Origin: Hydrolagus colliei
Lineage: Eukaryota
Direction of reading: 5' to 3'
Length of the DNA stretch: 64,000 nt
Assembly (NCBI GenBank): GCA_035084275.1
Contig: CM068747.1
Location: forward strand, 7,254,001 to 7,318,000
In this document: positions 1-13,289 of the stretch, piece after piece
How positions within the stretch are numbered: position 1 is the first letter of the stretch
Layout of the letters: each line of letters starts with the position of its first letter
Translations under genes and position numbers: made by a program
Notes under the pieces: generated by a model
What the model was told of the DNA's origin: nothing
The model's input: only the letters and a program-made list of their open reading frames with translations
The model's database searches: none

Positions 1-1392
1 CTGTCATCCTGCTGCAATTAGGATCTAAAATTGGCAGTTTAGGAAGGTCCTTTTGTACTTTTTTCACTGGATAGTGTTGGAATAAAAGACCATTTGCACT
101 TCAAAGCAGTGGTTTGGGATGTCCTCTCGGCGTGAAGCTGCTATACAAATGTAATATTTTATGGTTGTTTTCCTCCTACAATCATGTGATGCAAAAATTC
201 AAAATCTGCTGCTTCATTAATCCTGCTTTTGAACTGCCGATTTTTTGCTGTTCCAAATATGGAGCAAAGCTGCTACCTTCTCGGATTTTATCCTGCTGAG
301 CAGATTTGGTTTCCATGGTGAGCTACAATTCAAGGTTGACAGATTAAATAGACTGAATCCCTCTGAGAAACTGGCAGAATTTAAGGAGGATCTTTCACGG
401 TTTAACTCTTTCACAACTAGTTTGAACAATAAGTCTTGAGAATAGCTTCTTCTGTTGTGAACATGCCTCCTTCATTCATTCAATAAAATGTTGTGACATT
501 TATTAAATTAAAATTCAATAAATTTAGAATTTTGTTTAAATTTAACATACTAATGAATTTTAAAAATCTATTTTTTATAGACAAAATAAGCTGCGTGTAA
601 TATTGGTTGAACAGGTTTGATGTTCTAAATTAATATGCAGGCTGGTGAGTGACTCGTGTTAACTAGCTGGTTAACTACCTGAGATTAGGGTACATAACAT
701 TAAAAAGATAGATTAAAATGATTTGATATAATGTCTCTTGTCAAAGTATCAGTAATTCACAGAATGAGCTGTGTGGAATTGTAGTTATTTTTCGCAGACA
801 TGGCAGCTAATCTGCATAGTAACATTTTTTAAATGATCTTAACATTTGTAGACATGAATGAAGAATTAATTTTGCCCAGAACTAGTGAGAAACTGCCTGC
901 GTTTCTTGAAATTATGTCATGGGATCTTGAAACTTTGCCTATATGTCTCTTATTTATTAATCTGTCTGAAAGATCACAGCTGCAACAATTTAGTATTTCC
1001 AGATTACACCCCAGAGAGTCAACCTAGATTCTGGACTTTGATTTCTTTTCTAGGTTAAAAATCATGAAATTCTGCTCAGTACCATAGTATTTAGTGCAGT
1101 GTACACCATAACTGGAACAGAAAGGCTTTCTTCCCATAATTTCTTTCAAAGTAAATTCTTGCTGGGCAGTGGTGTGGAAGAAGTGGGGAGTTAAAAATTC
1201 AGGCTAGCTGCATACTCGAGGATTGGCAAAATAGCTCTGGTCCAACTGGCAAGTGTGTTACCTGAGGTGACTCACTGAAAGATTGTCTGAAAAACTTAAT
1301 AGTTCCAGTGAGAAACATTTCACAGCAGGCTGCTTAGTTTTACTCTGTACACTTATCATTTTCAATAGTGTGAATCATGTAGTGTTAATATA

Positions 1393-2141
1393 CAGTAGAA
1401 GCCCGTTTATCCGTGACTTGATGCACCGGCACTTCCGTATAACTGGTACGCCAAAAAAAAGTCCCCATTCGATAAACCGGAACTTATCCGGAACAATAGC
1501 AGTGGAGCATTTGTAAATGCATAAATAATAACATAACAACAGAATACTGCATTGGCACTCACTGTCAAAACCACTCTCCCGTGCCCCCCACATCCACTGG
1601 TAGATGCTGCGCTTGAAGCTATGATGCTGCGGTTGAGGTTTACAGTCCAGCGACTTCCCCCAAAATGTAGCACGCCAAGCGGGTGGAAAAAATTGAGCGC
1701 TTATGACTTTAACGTCATACTAGAGGGAAGCCGATAACGCTAGCCGATAACCCACATTGTCGCACATTATCAATTTGCAATATTTTGGTTTGCCACTAGT
1801 AGAATCTAGGGCTTCAGCTTGCAGCTAGTAAAGTCGCGTTACTTTAAAATTGCGCTGGCTCTTTTTTCACCCGCCTGGTGTCCCCCATTCAAAAAAGAAT
1901 CACTGGACTGCAAACCCCAAACAGCAAAGGTGAGAAGCGTAAGAGAGCAGCCCCAACAACAAGCACCAACACAACATTCTGTCACTATCTGCCATTACTT
2001 AGTCTGGTGTGATGGTGTGTGTTAAAAGAACTTTAATTTTTTTGTAGTGGGTTTTCGGCCGCGGGACGCCCAAATATCCAGCAGGCGCTTTAACCGGCAT
2101 TGGCCAGGTCCCGCGGGTGCCAGATAAACAGGCTTCTACTG
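1393..2141. mobile_element. Non-autonomous Tc1/mariner-pogo (Tigger-like) DNA transposon
   Basis: TIRs CAGTAGAAGCCCGTTTATCCG / CAGATAAACAGGCTTCTACTG, flanked by TA on both sides. Confidence 0.85.
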
Positions 2142-2704
2142 TACAAAGAAGCCTATATATGAATATTTTAATGCTAAAAAGCCACAAAACAAGGTTTACT
2201 AAAAACATTGGATAGAGGGTTCTACTTTTTAAAAATATATTTAGGAAGTTCTAAACAATGTCCTTTTTTTAAAAAAAAGGTACTAATGCAGTTTTACGTT
2301 TAACTCGATGATCTCCCAAGTCAATGATATTTTGTTGAAGCAGTTTGCTCTGATAAGTGAATTAGAGTCTAGAGTGATGTACTCTGTTTAGATTGACAGA
2401 ATTAGACATAAATAAAAGAAAATTTGTTGTGAAAATATACTTTACGTACAAGGGAGATATTCTCCAACACCGGGTGGAACCTATCTCCTACACTGGATCA
2501 GGCCAATGGACATTTGTTATGGGGAGAAGCTGGCTGCACCTTGGAGCAGATCTATTGAATTTGCAAGTTGTTTCTTCTCTCTAAAGCAGATTTAACTGTA
2601 GTGGCCCACTGTAGTAGAAGGCATTTTATTAAAATGAGGATCATTTGGTGTAGGAAAATCACTGTGCTTTTTAATTCATTTTTCTCCCCTTTATATTACA
2701 AATA

Positions 2705-3295
2705 TATTTTTGCCCACAAATATATGATCAATTCACTTTACAGTATATTCTGTGAAGTGCTTTGAAACGTTTAGAAGACACGAAGAACATTTTATTATTT
2801 ATATATGACCTGTAAATGAAATATTTTTGTGTTTTCTACGAGAATCTATGTGTAATACAAGAAATTTCACCATGTTGTTTGAACTTCTTTTCTATTGACC
2901 ATTTTTCTAGAGCTTCTTTTGGGGTGCAGGATAAAAGGAGGAATATTCTGTAAACCTAAAGTCAAATTGTTTGTTGCTACAGTTTGTTTCTGAGTAATGA
3001 ATCTTTTGTCCTCAGCTTGACTAACTTGCAGCTCCATCTGAATTTAGATCAATATATTTCTTGTGACCTTCTGGGCTCTGATGTTCCCACATGCATCGGT
3101 TTGGATTCTTCCTGTCCAGCTCATGAAAAGTGGAATAAAAAATATGATTTGCAAGTTTATTTATAAATGTCGCTGAATCAAAAGTATAATAATAATCCTT
3201 GCATTTGATATAGAGCTTTCGCGTCTTCTAGGCGTTTCAAAGCACTTCACATAATATAGAGTAAAGTGAATTGACTGTATATTTGTGGGCAATAA
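2705..3295. repeat. Two SINE 3' tails in opposite orientation (2705-2800 +, 3187-3295 -)
   Basis: TCAATTCACTTTACAGTATATTCTGTGAAGTGCTTTGAAACG and its reverse complement; further tails near 6990, 8050, 18895, 19180, 20172, 22670, 32515, 37900, 41770, 44320. Confidence 0.75.
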
Positions 3296-4689
3296 TATAT
3301 TTGTAGTATAATATGGAAATCCCCATGTCTATGAATGATGGCACCAACAACAACATTACATTGTAGAGTGCCTGGACAGTCAGAGGTCAGGACCCAAACA
3401 TGGTGTGTGGTGGTGGGGGCAGAGTTGGGATGAGGGAGGGCAGAGAAGAAGGAGGGCAGCTGAAGGCATGGTCGAAGAGGAGGGTCTTAAGAAGGCAAGA
3501 GAGGGAGCAAGGTGAAGGGATTGTGGGATGGGTTCCAAAGTGTGGGGGCAGATGCTGAAAACCCAGGGTCAGGCAGGAGACATGGAGCCTGCTGAATGGA
3601 GGGAGCAGACAGTTTGATAGTTTGTTTTGCCAATGAACATTATTTGAATTACAAGATTCTAGTGTTAAGAAATGTTGATAGTAATATACTTTTAGCAGTG
3701 AATTAATGATCTGAATCTTTCTGAAATGTTCTGAGTCTCTCTCCTATCCTTGAGAAGATAAATTGCTAAGATGATAAAAATATTGTACAGAATTTACGGA
3801 GGTAGTGCCACTTTAACTAGACATTTTCCACCAATATTGTAACATTTCATCAGGAAATGTGCTTTTATGGATAATGCGCCCCAAACCATGCAGATTTAAT
3901 GGTGGTTTAGAATGAAAAGTTTCTTTGAGCATGGTTCTATTTCAAAGAACTAAATTCAATGAATGGTTTTAATTTTTTTTAAATGGGGAAGTATGCAGTG
4001 ATGTGTGAGCCCAGTTTGTTTTAAGAGGGTGTTGTTTAATATCCCTTTTATAGTGGAATAGAACTTCATTTCTTAGTTCTGTTCTCCCCTTCATATGGCA
4101 GATAATTGGAGTTCTGTAACTTCTGGACATTTGCGAGCTGGCTCTGTAGAATAGAGAATAATGTGCAGTCAAAGCTAGAAAAATGTATAGCTGATTCAAA
4201 CACAGAATTTTAATGCATGAAGCCACTTCCAATTCATTCATGTTTGGAGAATTTCTGGTCAAAGTAGAGATATTTTCAAATTATGTGTGCTTTTTAATGT
4301 ACAGTACAGTACATATGATGGGATGAGTTTAGCAATGAGGTATTGCAACTTTAATCTCCCTACAATAAATGTTTCAGTTAAGTACTTGGGAGTGTTGGGC
4401 AAGGGGAAACAACCTAGTAGGTTTTCAACCTAACTTGCACTCTGAAGAATAGTTCTAATTTACACCTCAGCTGAGTCAGGCTGACACCTGTATAATTATC
4501 TTCATGATTGTAGATAATCACATTATCATTACATCATTGGCATTGGTTTTATCGAGTTTGAAGTTCTTGAGACATTAAGAACAATCTGGTAAATTGTTTC
4601 ACTCTCTCAAACTTCGACAATTTACATTTTGAATCTACATAGCAGAGAATTTGTACTCATTTTGAACAGTGCGATGAGATATTTATTGT

Positions 4690-5130
4690 CCACCAAAATA
4701 GGCAGATGAGATCTGAGTTTAACATTTCATCCAAAGGATGGCATCTCCAACAATGCAATACTCCTCCAGCACTGCATTATAGTGTCAGCCTAGATAGAGC
4801 AGGTTGATTGCCCCTAGATAGTAGCATCACGCACATGCTCAAAAAACAAGAGGAAGGAGCGATATTCATTGCATTTTACACAATAAAGTTGATATTTTTT
4901 ATTTATAGATGCATGAATATTTCATCTCAAATTACAAATATAAACTGTTTAAAATGCAGTAAATATCACTCCTGACTCCCGTCTTTTTTGATTATGTGTG
5001 AGAGAGCCACCTAACGGTGATCAACAGGTTGGAGACCCATGGCGTGGCCTCAACGTCTCTTCGTGGGACTTGAACGCAGAACCTTCTGACCTCAGGAGCA
5101 AAAATGCTACCAGCTGAGTCAGGCTGACAC
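4690..5130 (-). mobile_element. DeuSINE-like element split by the MITE
   Basis: Minus-strand tRNA-like head GTGTCAGCCTGACTCAGCTGGTAGCA... at 5060-5130 and Deu-like core at 4690-4793. Confidence 0.6.
4800..5041. mobile_element. Degenerate palindromic MITE (hAT-Charlie-like end) inserted in a SINE
   Basis: Internal inverted arms (~4826-4880 vs ~4945-5002) and terminal AGGTTGGAGACCCATG; no clear TSD. Confidence 0.45.
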
Positions 5131-6466
5131 CTGTATGATTATCTTCATGATTATAGATAATCACATTATCATTACATCATTGCCATTGGTTTCATGATCT
5201 TTAACTTCTAGATTTGATTTTGATTGAAATTCTTCTTATATTGAAAATATTAGAAACTTGTGTACAGTTGAGCTCAAGCTCTGATGTGACCTTTTCAGAA
5301 CCGTTCGATTAAATGAGTGGTGCATGTTCAGCCAGCTCGTACAGAATGGATTATGAACAGAGAATCACTATAGATCTTAATCAACTTCACTTGTGCATCT
5401 GCCAACTCTGCTTTGAAAGATAATCTTGCTGAGATTAGTTATGTTTATCATCTTAAAAGATACCAAATGTTGCATGTAGCACTACTCAAACGCAAGTCAT
5501 CCATGCTGATTTCACTATTTTTCTGAATTTACAAGCTGGGCTCTTTAGGACCAGAGGCAACTCCTGCCGATTTACTTCCCCTGCAAGACCACATGATATG
5601 TGACATTGTGTACCGTAGGGAATCTATATCTGACAACATACGGTGAAGAGAATAGCTAGAATAGAACAGTTTTCTTTGCAATGTGTTTTTGTTTTTTTGC
5701 TTTAGGAGGTATTGATAAAATACCAGCACCTTTTCTACCTACATTATAGTTTTCTTTATTCAACATGTACAAGTACAAACAATGTTGAGCATATTTAACA
5801 TTTAAGGTTGCAAACATACTCTTGTTTATTTAAAATATTTGAAGATTAAGATATGCACATAGTTAACTTCTGTATAAAAACTGTTGGGAACATAATATTG
5901 CATTTGAGCTGTACACAGCTTGTATGGAACAGATGCACAATTGTTACTGGAATGAAATTGATTATTGTGCCTAAAGTATCACTGCAGATTGGACAATCGA
6001 ATATTGCCTCCTTGATACCAAACACTGCTCATATTTCTAAAATATTAGTTCATGTTCTGTGGTAGCTGTCCTACAGAATTTATATTTATAGATATAGAAG
6101 CCATTTCGTAGTAAATCTTAAGTAAAATGGCAGCGTTTACCATGTGGTCAGCCAAACACAGCACTCTTGCGTCAGACGTTTGTGGATTCTAACCTCATGT
6201 CAGTATTTGGGGAGTCATATAGTCTCAGCAGACCTCCCAATGCAGGGCTGGGAGTGTGTTGCATTGTTAGAGGTGGCATCCTTTGGATGAAACCGAGATT
6301 GGATGTTGAGGTAGATGTTAAAGATCCAATGGTACTAATTGTTGTACATTGCTTTAACGCCATAAGTGGCAATTGAAGATGGACGTGCAAGAATAAAATA
6401 ATTCTAGGAAGAGAGACTTGCCGATTTGAAAGAGAGCGTGGAAGAGGTTGATTTGAAAGAGTAAAC

Positions 6467-6858
6467 AACAACAACAACCAAATTTGAGTTGTATAGTGCC
6501 TTTCACGTCAGGAGGACGTCCCAAGGACAGTCACTGTGTCATACCTGAGCTGGGGACGTGGTGGTGGTGGGGAGAGGGCTAAGGGTGGTGGGGGTATTAG
6601 GAGTTGCCGATGGGACGATCGAAGAGGAGAGTCTTGAGGCGAGACTTGAAGGAGGCCAGTGAGGGAGCGAGGCGGAGGGACAGCGGGATGGAGTTCCAGA
6701 GATTGGGGGCAGAGTGGCTAAAAGCCCCCCCTGTCAATGGTGGAGTGGATGGGTTGGGGTACTTGTAGCAGGCTAGAGCCTGCTGAATGGAGTGGGTGGT
6801 GAGCAGATTGGTAAGGGGCTAGAAGGTCACGGATTTAGAGTGGGATGAGGTTATGGAG
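6467..6858 (-). mobile_element. L2 3' end
   Basis: (CAA)n plus GTGCCTTTCACGTCAGGAGGACGTCCCAAGG and a purine-rich L2 body; similar copies at 3345-3610, 14314-14518, 37098-37330. Confidence 0.8.
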
Positions 6859-9232
6859 TAAAGTAAACTTGTAATTTTTGCATTGAAGGACTAAGTGAAT
6901 ATACATTGTGTTTTGTAGATTAAATAACATTACTCTAATCAAAAGTGAGTTTCTCCTGGAGTCCTGGCCAACAATCCCCAAATTTAAAAAAATTGGTCAC
7001 TCATTACATTGCTGTTTATGGGACATTGTTGTGCTCAACTGGCTGCCGTGTTCATCCACAAAATACAGTGAATCCACTGTACAATATATCCTGTGAAGTC
7101 CTTTGAGGCATCTCAACCACGTGATAAGGCGCTGTATCAAATGTAATGATTCTTATTATTACCTGTGTGGTACATTCAAAATGGACACCTAACTTGTGTC
7201 AAGGTGCAGTAAACTGTGATTGTTATGCCCTCTTGTGGTTTCAGGAAATGTTTCACCAAAAATGATCAAGCCTCAGCTTTAGGGTTGGTTTGGTAGCACA
7301 AGTTGAATAAAACAAAGATTTTTAAAAAATTATTACATTTGGTGGGCTGAAGTGCCTCCCAGTGACTTCTGTGTTTCTTTGTTACCAATTTGGAAACCCA
7401 TGTGTGGTCAAAGACAGTTTTGTGTATGCATACCTCCATCCATCCTACACATCAAAATGATGTGATTACATTTGTCACAAATTCTGTAAGTGTTGTACAA
7501 TTGATTGGGCACCCGGTGTAATTAATTAAGTCCTGTAATGGAAAATGATAACATCCAACATATCTGTCATGGTTTTTCAATGCTTTTGAACTGAAGCATA
7601 ACCCAGAACCTTAAGTTGCCTGGTCCAGAATCTGGTGTCCTGTACTATATTCATTTAGAAATTTGTGAACTATTGTTAGACTGACATCTAATTTAAGTTG
7701 TCCCCATCATGTCCAACAGTTGAGCAGATTGTGCTAGACCAAGAAAGTGGTAAGATATTGTGTATAGTGAACACTGTTCTTTGTATTCTGACTTCTGACC
7801 ATTACTGAATCTCCATTCTGTCTTAATTCCTCAACGAGAAATCAAGATTGTTCTACTTCCTAGTTTTGAACGGTCTGAGAGATGCTTCCTTACAAATAGC
7901 CAACTGATAACATTTCACATTCATGAGATGCTATTTCCACTGCGTTAAGAGTAAAATGTGATCTCCCATTTTTTTCCCCCCGAGATTCATGATCCGTCTA
8001 TGGTTGCAGAATTGTAGATTGCTTCTATTTAGACAGCTGACTCTGCAAAAATTGGCTGCTGAGTTTGAGTACAGAAAATCACATTACACTTAACAATAAT
8101 TGTTTGTGAAGTGCTTTGAGATGATTTTCTGCGATGAGCATAAAAATGATATACTATAAAAATGCAAGTTCTAAAGGAGCCATAGCTTTCTATTCAGAGG
8201 CAACAAAGATAGCTGTCTATCAGATCTTAATTTTTTTTAAGATCCTTGAAACTTTGTCAACTGAAAGTTTGTTTCAAAACAGAAAACAGAGTTTGACTGA
8301 GGTGTTAATTTCCAGGAGCAAATGGAAATAATCTTTGCTTTTGATATAGCATCTTATCACATTGGCAAGAAATCTCACAGACTTTCAAGATTGTAGTTTA
8401 TAGGAAAGCACAGCCGCCGGTTTGGGGAACAGGAATTGTCCCTTATACGAGTCAAGAAATGACAAATTTTATCTGGGAAGATTGTTGGCTAGCTCACTTG
8501 GAGAAACTCCCTACTTTTTAAAATTTGGATATTTAGCATCCAATTGAACAGGCAGAAAGTATTTTAATTTGTCTCCTCATAAGAATGACCCCTCCACATT
8601 CTACCGAGGTGAGAGTGCTAGTGACTGAGCCAGGCTTATACTATTTAGTTACCATCTGCTTGATGGACACTACTGATGGTTGCTTTCCTGTTGGTAGAAG
8701 GACTTGAGTTCAGGAAGTGTAGGTGCACCCACCCAGTGGACCACATTTGAGCCAACCTGGAGTATTGCTTAATTAAAAAAAACTGATACAGTTTTCTGTG
8801 ATTTAATGTCTTGTTTCAATAACTGCACAGTAATCAGATATGCCCATGAGCAAGGTGGTGACTGTTCTCAGCTTCTCTTTGAAGATCAGATGCTGCCTTC
8901 TGGTGCCTGACCTTAACACGATTATTGCAAAGCTCAATATCCAGCTGGAAACTTCTGATTCTCAGATGCCCAACAATTTTATCTGATCTGTATCTATTGA
9001 TGGATTATCCATTGTGATTCTGTTACCCATCCTTCTCGGACCCTGTATTTACATTGTGATGATCACAAGCTATAATGGATTAATGTAGGGCACTACTTTT
9101 CATATCTTCTGTGTTTATTCATACCATGAATATGAGTAAATATAGAAGATGTTACTCAGTAGTCTTAGAACATTAATTAGCTCTAAATTGGGATTCACTT
9201 ATATGGATGATAGGTGGGAAGTATAATTTTAA

Positions 9233-11186
9233 CAGGGTTCAGGCGGTCATGGAAAACCTGGAAAAGTCATGGAATTTTGGAAATCAATTTCCAGGCCTGG
9301 AAAAGTCATGGAAAATCTCAAAAATGCCAAAAGTCATGGAAAAATAAAATTATATGAATGTTAGCTAGCACGAGAGAAACTGATTTCTGAACGTAAATAA
9401 TACACTAGCAAAGGAAGAATTACAAGCGGGTACAGAGAAAACAATAAGTGCTTGATCAATAATTGTGTGTATGCTAGGTATATTATGCGCAATGTATTAA
9501 AACCTAATGTACATGTGTGGTTTACCTGGCCTTTTTAGTTAAGTGGCCTGAAGTCTTTTGCCACTTGAGACACACACTCACACATGTAACACACGGTGCA
9601 GAGCAGCAAACCTGCCACTGCACTGACATACTGCACAAATTCGCACCTTCACACACTGTTTTGTGTCGAGTGAGTGAGCGGGCGATCGAGGGGTGGAGCC
9701 GAGGCCTTGCCGGTAGGGTATAAAGGCCGAGGTGAGTTTCGTGTCGAGCGAGTGAGCGGGTGATCGAGAGGCTAGGGTAAAATGGGAAAACGGGCATAAA
9801 CTAAGGATGCATGGAGTTAACAGCATGGGATCAAAATACATGTACAAATAGGGGAGGGGGCAGCTAACGAAATCTCCCTTGAAAAAAAACGGGCGATAAT
9901 TTTTTTTGGGAAAATGGTTTCCGTAATATACTTATTAGGATATGGCTGTATTTTCAGTTAAAAATAGGGTCGGAAGTTTCCAAACAAATTATTTCCACCT
10001 ATCATCATTATTAAACACAATAAATTGTGCAGTTATAATGGAAAATTAGTCAATTAAAATATATAATTTGCATATGTCATGTTCGAGGCTGTGTATGAGT
10101 TTTATTTCCAAGTTTTGTTGCAAGTTAACTAGCACACAATGTACGTACGTATGTACGTACGTGCGTACAGATAACATGCACTAGCATAGCTATGTATGAA
10201 GTTGAACGATGCATTGATTATCTCAAAGCCATCAAATTGCAGGTCAACTCTTTCAATTTACTTGGATCTACTTGTGGATGCTGGTCAGGTTAATCCTCAT
10301 AATTGTGATAGCATCCTTAGAGAATACCAACAACTTCTTGAGAGTAGCAAAGTAGGACATGAAACCCCCACTCCATTTGCATCGTTCAACAGAGACCAGG
10401 ACAGGTTAGACAACTTCTATGCAGGCTTAGGTGAACTGTCCCAATAGAAGCAACTGTGGCCTGTTGTTAAATTAATCTTGAGCCTCTCACACGACCAGGC
10501 AGATGTTGAAAGAGACTTCTCTGTCAATAAGGAATTGTTTGTAGAGAATCAGTCCGAGAAGTCACTTATTTCTAGAAAGTTAATTGTTGATCACATAAGG
10601 AATGTGGGAAGGATTCAAAATGTCAGCATCAACAAGGAACTGTTATCCCATGCAAAAAGTGCCAGGCAACGGTATAGAGCACACCTGGAAGAAGCTGCTG
10701 CTACGAAAAGAAGAAGAGAAGGGAGAAAAAAGAAAAGCACTGGAAATGGAAGTGGAGAACCTGAAAAAAAGAAAGCATCAAATTGAAATAGATGTAAAGT
10801 CATTAGAAAAAGAAGCAAGTGAAAAAGCTGAAGCTGCGGAAGAAAATGGTGACCTGACACTCCTGTCAAAATCTAATGCCATGAGGCATCACGCAAAAGA
10901 AAAGGCCCAAACTGTAGAGACATTGGAGAAGCAGATTGCACAGAAATTAGAAGTATTGAAGAAATAAAGGGAAAAATTGAGGTATGGCTGGACAGTATGG
11001 AATTTTGGAAATCAATTTCCAGGCCTATATTCAAGTACTAGCCTAATTTGACGTGCAAAATCAGTGATCAAATATAGCACATTTCACAAAACTACTGAAG
11101 TGTCCATTCAAAAACTTCATGGAATTTCATAATTTGGTCATGGAAAAGTCATGGAATTTTATTTCCCACAAGGTGCAGGAACCCTG
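9233..11186 (+). mobile_element. Internally deleted hAT-type DNA transposon with 6-bp TSD
   Basis: TTTTAA|CAGGGTTC ... GAACCCTG|TTTTAA; GGAAAAGTCATGGAA subterminal repeats; carries a transposase C-terminal remnant. Confidence 0.85.
10196..10967 (+). pseudogene. Disrupted hAT-like transposase C-terminus
   Basis: LWPVVKLILSLSHDQADVERDFSVNK resembles the hAT C-terminal xERxFS motif and is followed by a coiled-coil tail; in-frame TAG at 10445 and a frameshift near 10700 (ORFs 10196, 10478, 10602). Confidence 0.75.
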
Positions 11187-11312
11187 TTTTAACATGAATT
11201 TAAAGTGCCTCAAAAGCCCCAGCATTTGTATCCCTCACTTGGGTATAAAAGTTTACCAAAATCAAATTGTGTTGAAGATTTTTTTCTATAATGTTCAGTT
11301 TTTAATACTGAC

Positions 11313-11607
11313 TAGGGTCCGTCGATATGGAAAATTTCCGATTTAGATATATCGATGGGCTCATATCGAGATATACCGAAATATCGATATTTTGGGGGGT
11401 TTTGTACTGCGCATTCGGAGGTGCGCGTGCATTCGGGGCCTATCTCCTCAGGAGGTAAATATCTCTCTCTGTGTCTCTCACACTCACTCTCTCCATCTCT
11501 GTGTTTTTTCTGTCTGTGCCTCTCTCCTCTTTCTATGTCTATATCGGCATATCGATATGAAAATTATATCGGGTATAACCGATATATCGATATATTGCCG
11601 GACCCTA
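11313..11607. mobile_element. hAT-family MITE with perfect 8-bp TSD
   Basis: ATACTGAC|TAGGGTCCG ... CGGACCCTA|ATACTGAC; many CGATAT subterminal repeats. Confidence 0.9.
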
Positions 11608-12308
11608 ATACTGACATTTAAAAAAAACTTAAGACATCTTATTTGGATTATTACACAATGTTATGTAATGTTATGGAGGTGTGGGAAAGCAGAAAGAGTC
11701 ATGGTACAGAGTTCCAGAGGGGGGGAAGAACAGCTGTTATGCATAGCGCTATTGATTTCACCTTACTGGATTTGCAATCATGTGTCCCAAGCTGTGGGCA
11801 GGAAAATGACCTATTCCTTGGGTGTGGTGGGAGCGGGAGCGGGTTCTCCTTGGCGCTGATCTGACTCCCAAGGTGATATGCTTGCCATCGGAATGTTTAA
11901 AGCAAGCCAACCCTCTGTGGTGGCCATGGTAATCCATTACCTGAGCCAGGTGGGCCTGCAGTATTTGGCACTGATCACATAAATTAGTGTATGCGATTCA
12001 AAAATTGTGATAAGGAACAAATAAGTTGTACATTCAAGGAGAATTGACTTGCATGTGTATAACTCCTTCATGCAATCACTTGTACCTCTTCAGCCGTTCA
12101 AAGGAGCTTTCTGTCATTCTGCCCACACTCACCCAGGAATCCCTCTACCTCACCACCTCCTTTTTAAAGCCCATCGTAAGACATTTCTTTTCGACCACAC
12201 ATTTGGTCATCTGACCTCACTTTTTCCCAGATCCCCAACCGCCAGCTCTGGCCTCCAGTCAGCTTGATGAAATGTTTTGAGTCGTACTCCTTACACAAAA
12301 GGTGCTAC

Positions 12309-12341
12309 TGTGTGTGTGTATATATATATATATATGTATAT
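12309..12341. repeat. (TG)n(TA)n microsatellite
   Basis: Read directly; lies at the end of an L2 3' fragment (~12070-12308). Confidence 0.9.
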
Positions 12342-13289
12342 AAAAGTATATGTTTTTCTTTAAATGAAATTAGTTAGTTTACTTTTTGGTAAACTATAAA
12401 ACTTGCTAGCGCATTTTAGGAAATTGTAACAAAATAAAAAATGCACAGTAGATATTTCAAATAAAATAAAGGTTTAAAATTATAAAGAGGTTTGAAATCA
12501 ATACAGTTTTATATTAACTGATGAAGAGAAACGAGATGGAAAAACATATCTACTTGAAGCCTGTATTTCAATTAAGTCAATTTGGTGTTCCCGTGGAGTC
12601 CTAACCAATTGTCCTTAGTTTTCTAAGTTTGTCTCTTTCAAGTTTTTAAATTTTAGCTGATGTACAAGTTATGGATATTAGATTCCATCCTTTACTGCAC
12701 ACATGATTACACAACTTGTGCACATTAAAATGGAAATGGCTTCTTTAATTTCTTCAGACAGGTGTCTGCTGCAGGATTAGAGTCTCAATGGAAACGTTTG
12801 TATATATATGAATATGTGCAGAAAAACAAAATTGCTTTAATTGGTTCCTTGAGAGGGTTCTTTGAGAAATCCCTTCAATGGCCATTTCATGTTTTGTGCA
12901 GAAAACCTTTATTTTGGCAATAAATTAAAAACTTGTCAATTAATTTTGAGTCAAGCTTGCATCATTGTATTGAATTGCTTTAGAAAGAATGCATATTGTT
13001 TTTGAAGACTGAAAGACTTTTAAAATCTCTCCTTTTCCAAGATGAACTAATGTACAATTTGCCTCGGGGGCTCAGTGTGCAAGAACGTCATTCTTGGCTT
13101 GGATGCAAGCTTCAAAAATAAACTAGTATTTATTTAGAGAGAGTGGGGAAAATCAGGATCAGATTTTAATTTGTCAGTTGGTTTTGGTGGATTAACTCTT
13201 AAGATCTGCATCTGTCTAAGACCTGGCACTGGGATAAGTCTCCAATAATTACCCATAGCTTTGACATCTCTGAGCTCAATCATGGACAA

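Larger units (their letters stand above)
4468..5192 (+). repeat. 82-bp direct repeat (4468-4549 and 5111-5192)
   Basis: CAGCTGAGTCAGGCTGACACCTGTAT...CATTGGTTT, 3 mismatches. Confidence 0.9.

Noticed and set aside
9247-9342. Regularly repeated GTCATGGAA motifs resembling a CRISPR array
   Set aside because: Transposon subterminal repeats in a vertebrate genome; no spacer structure or cas genes
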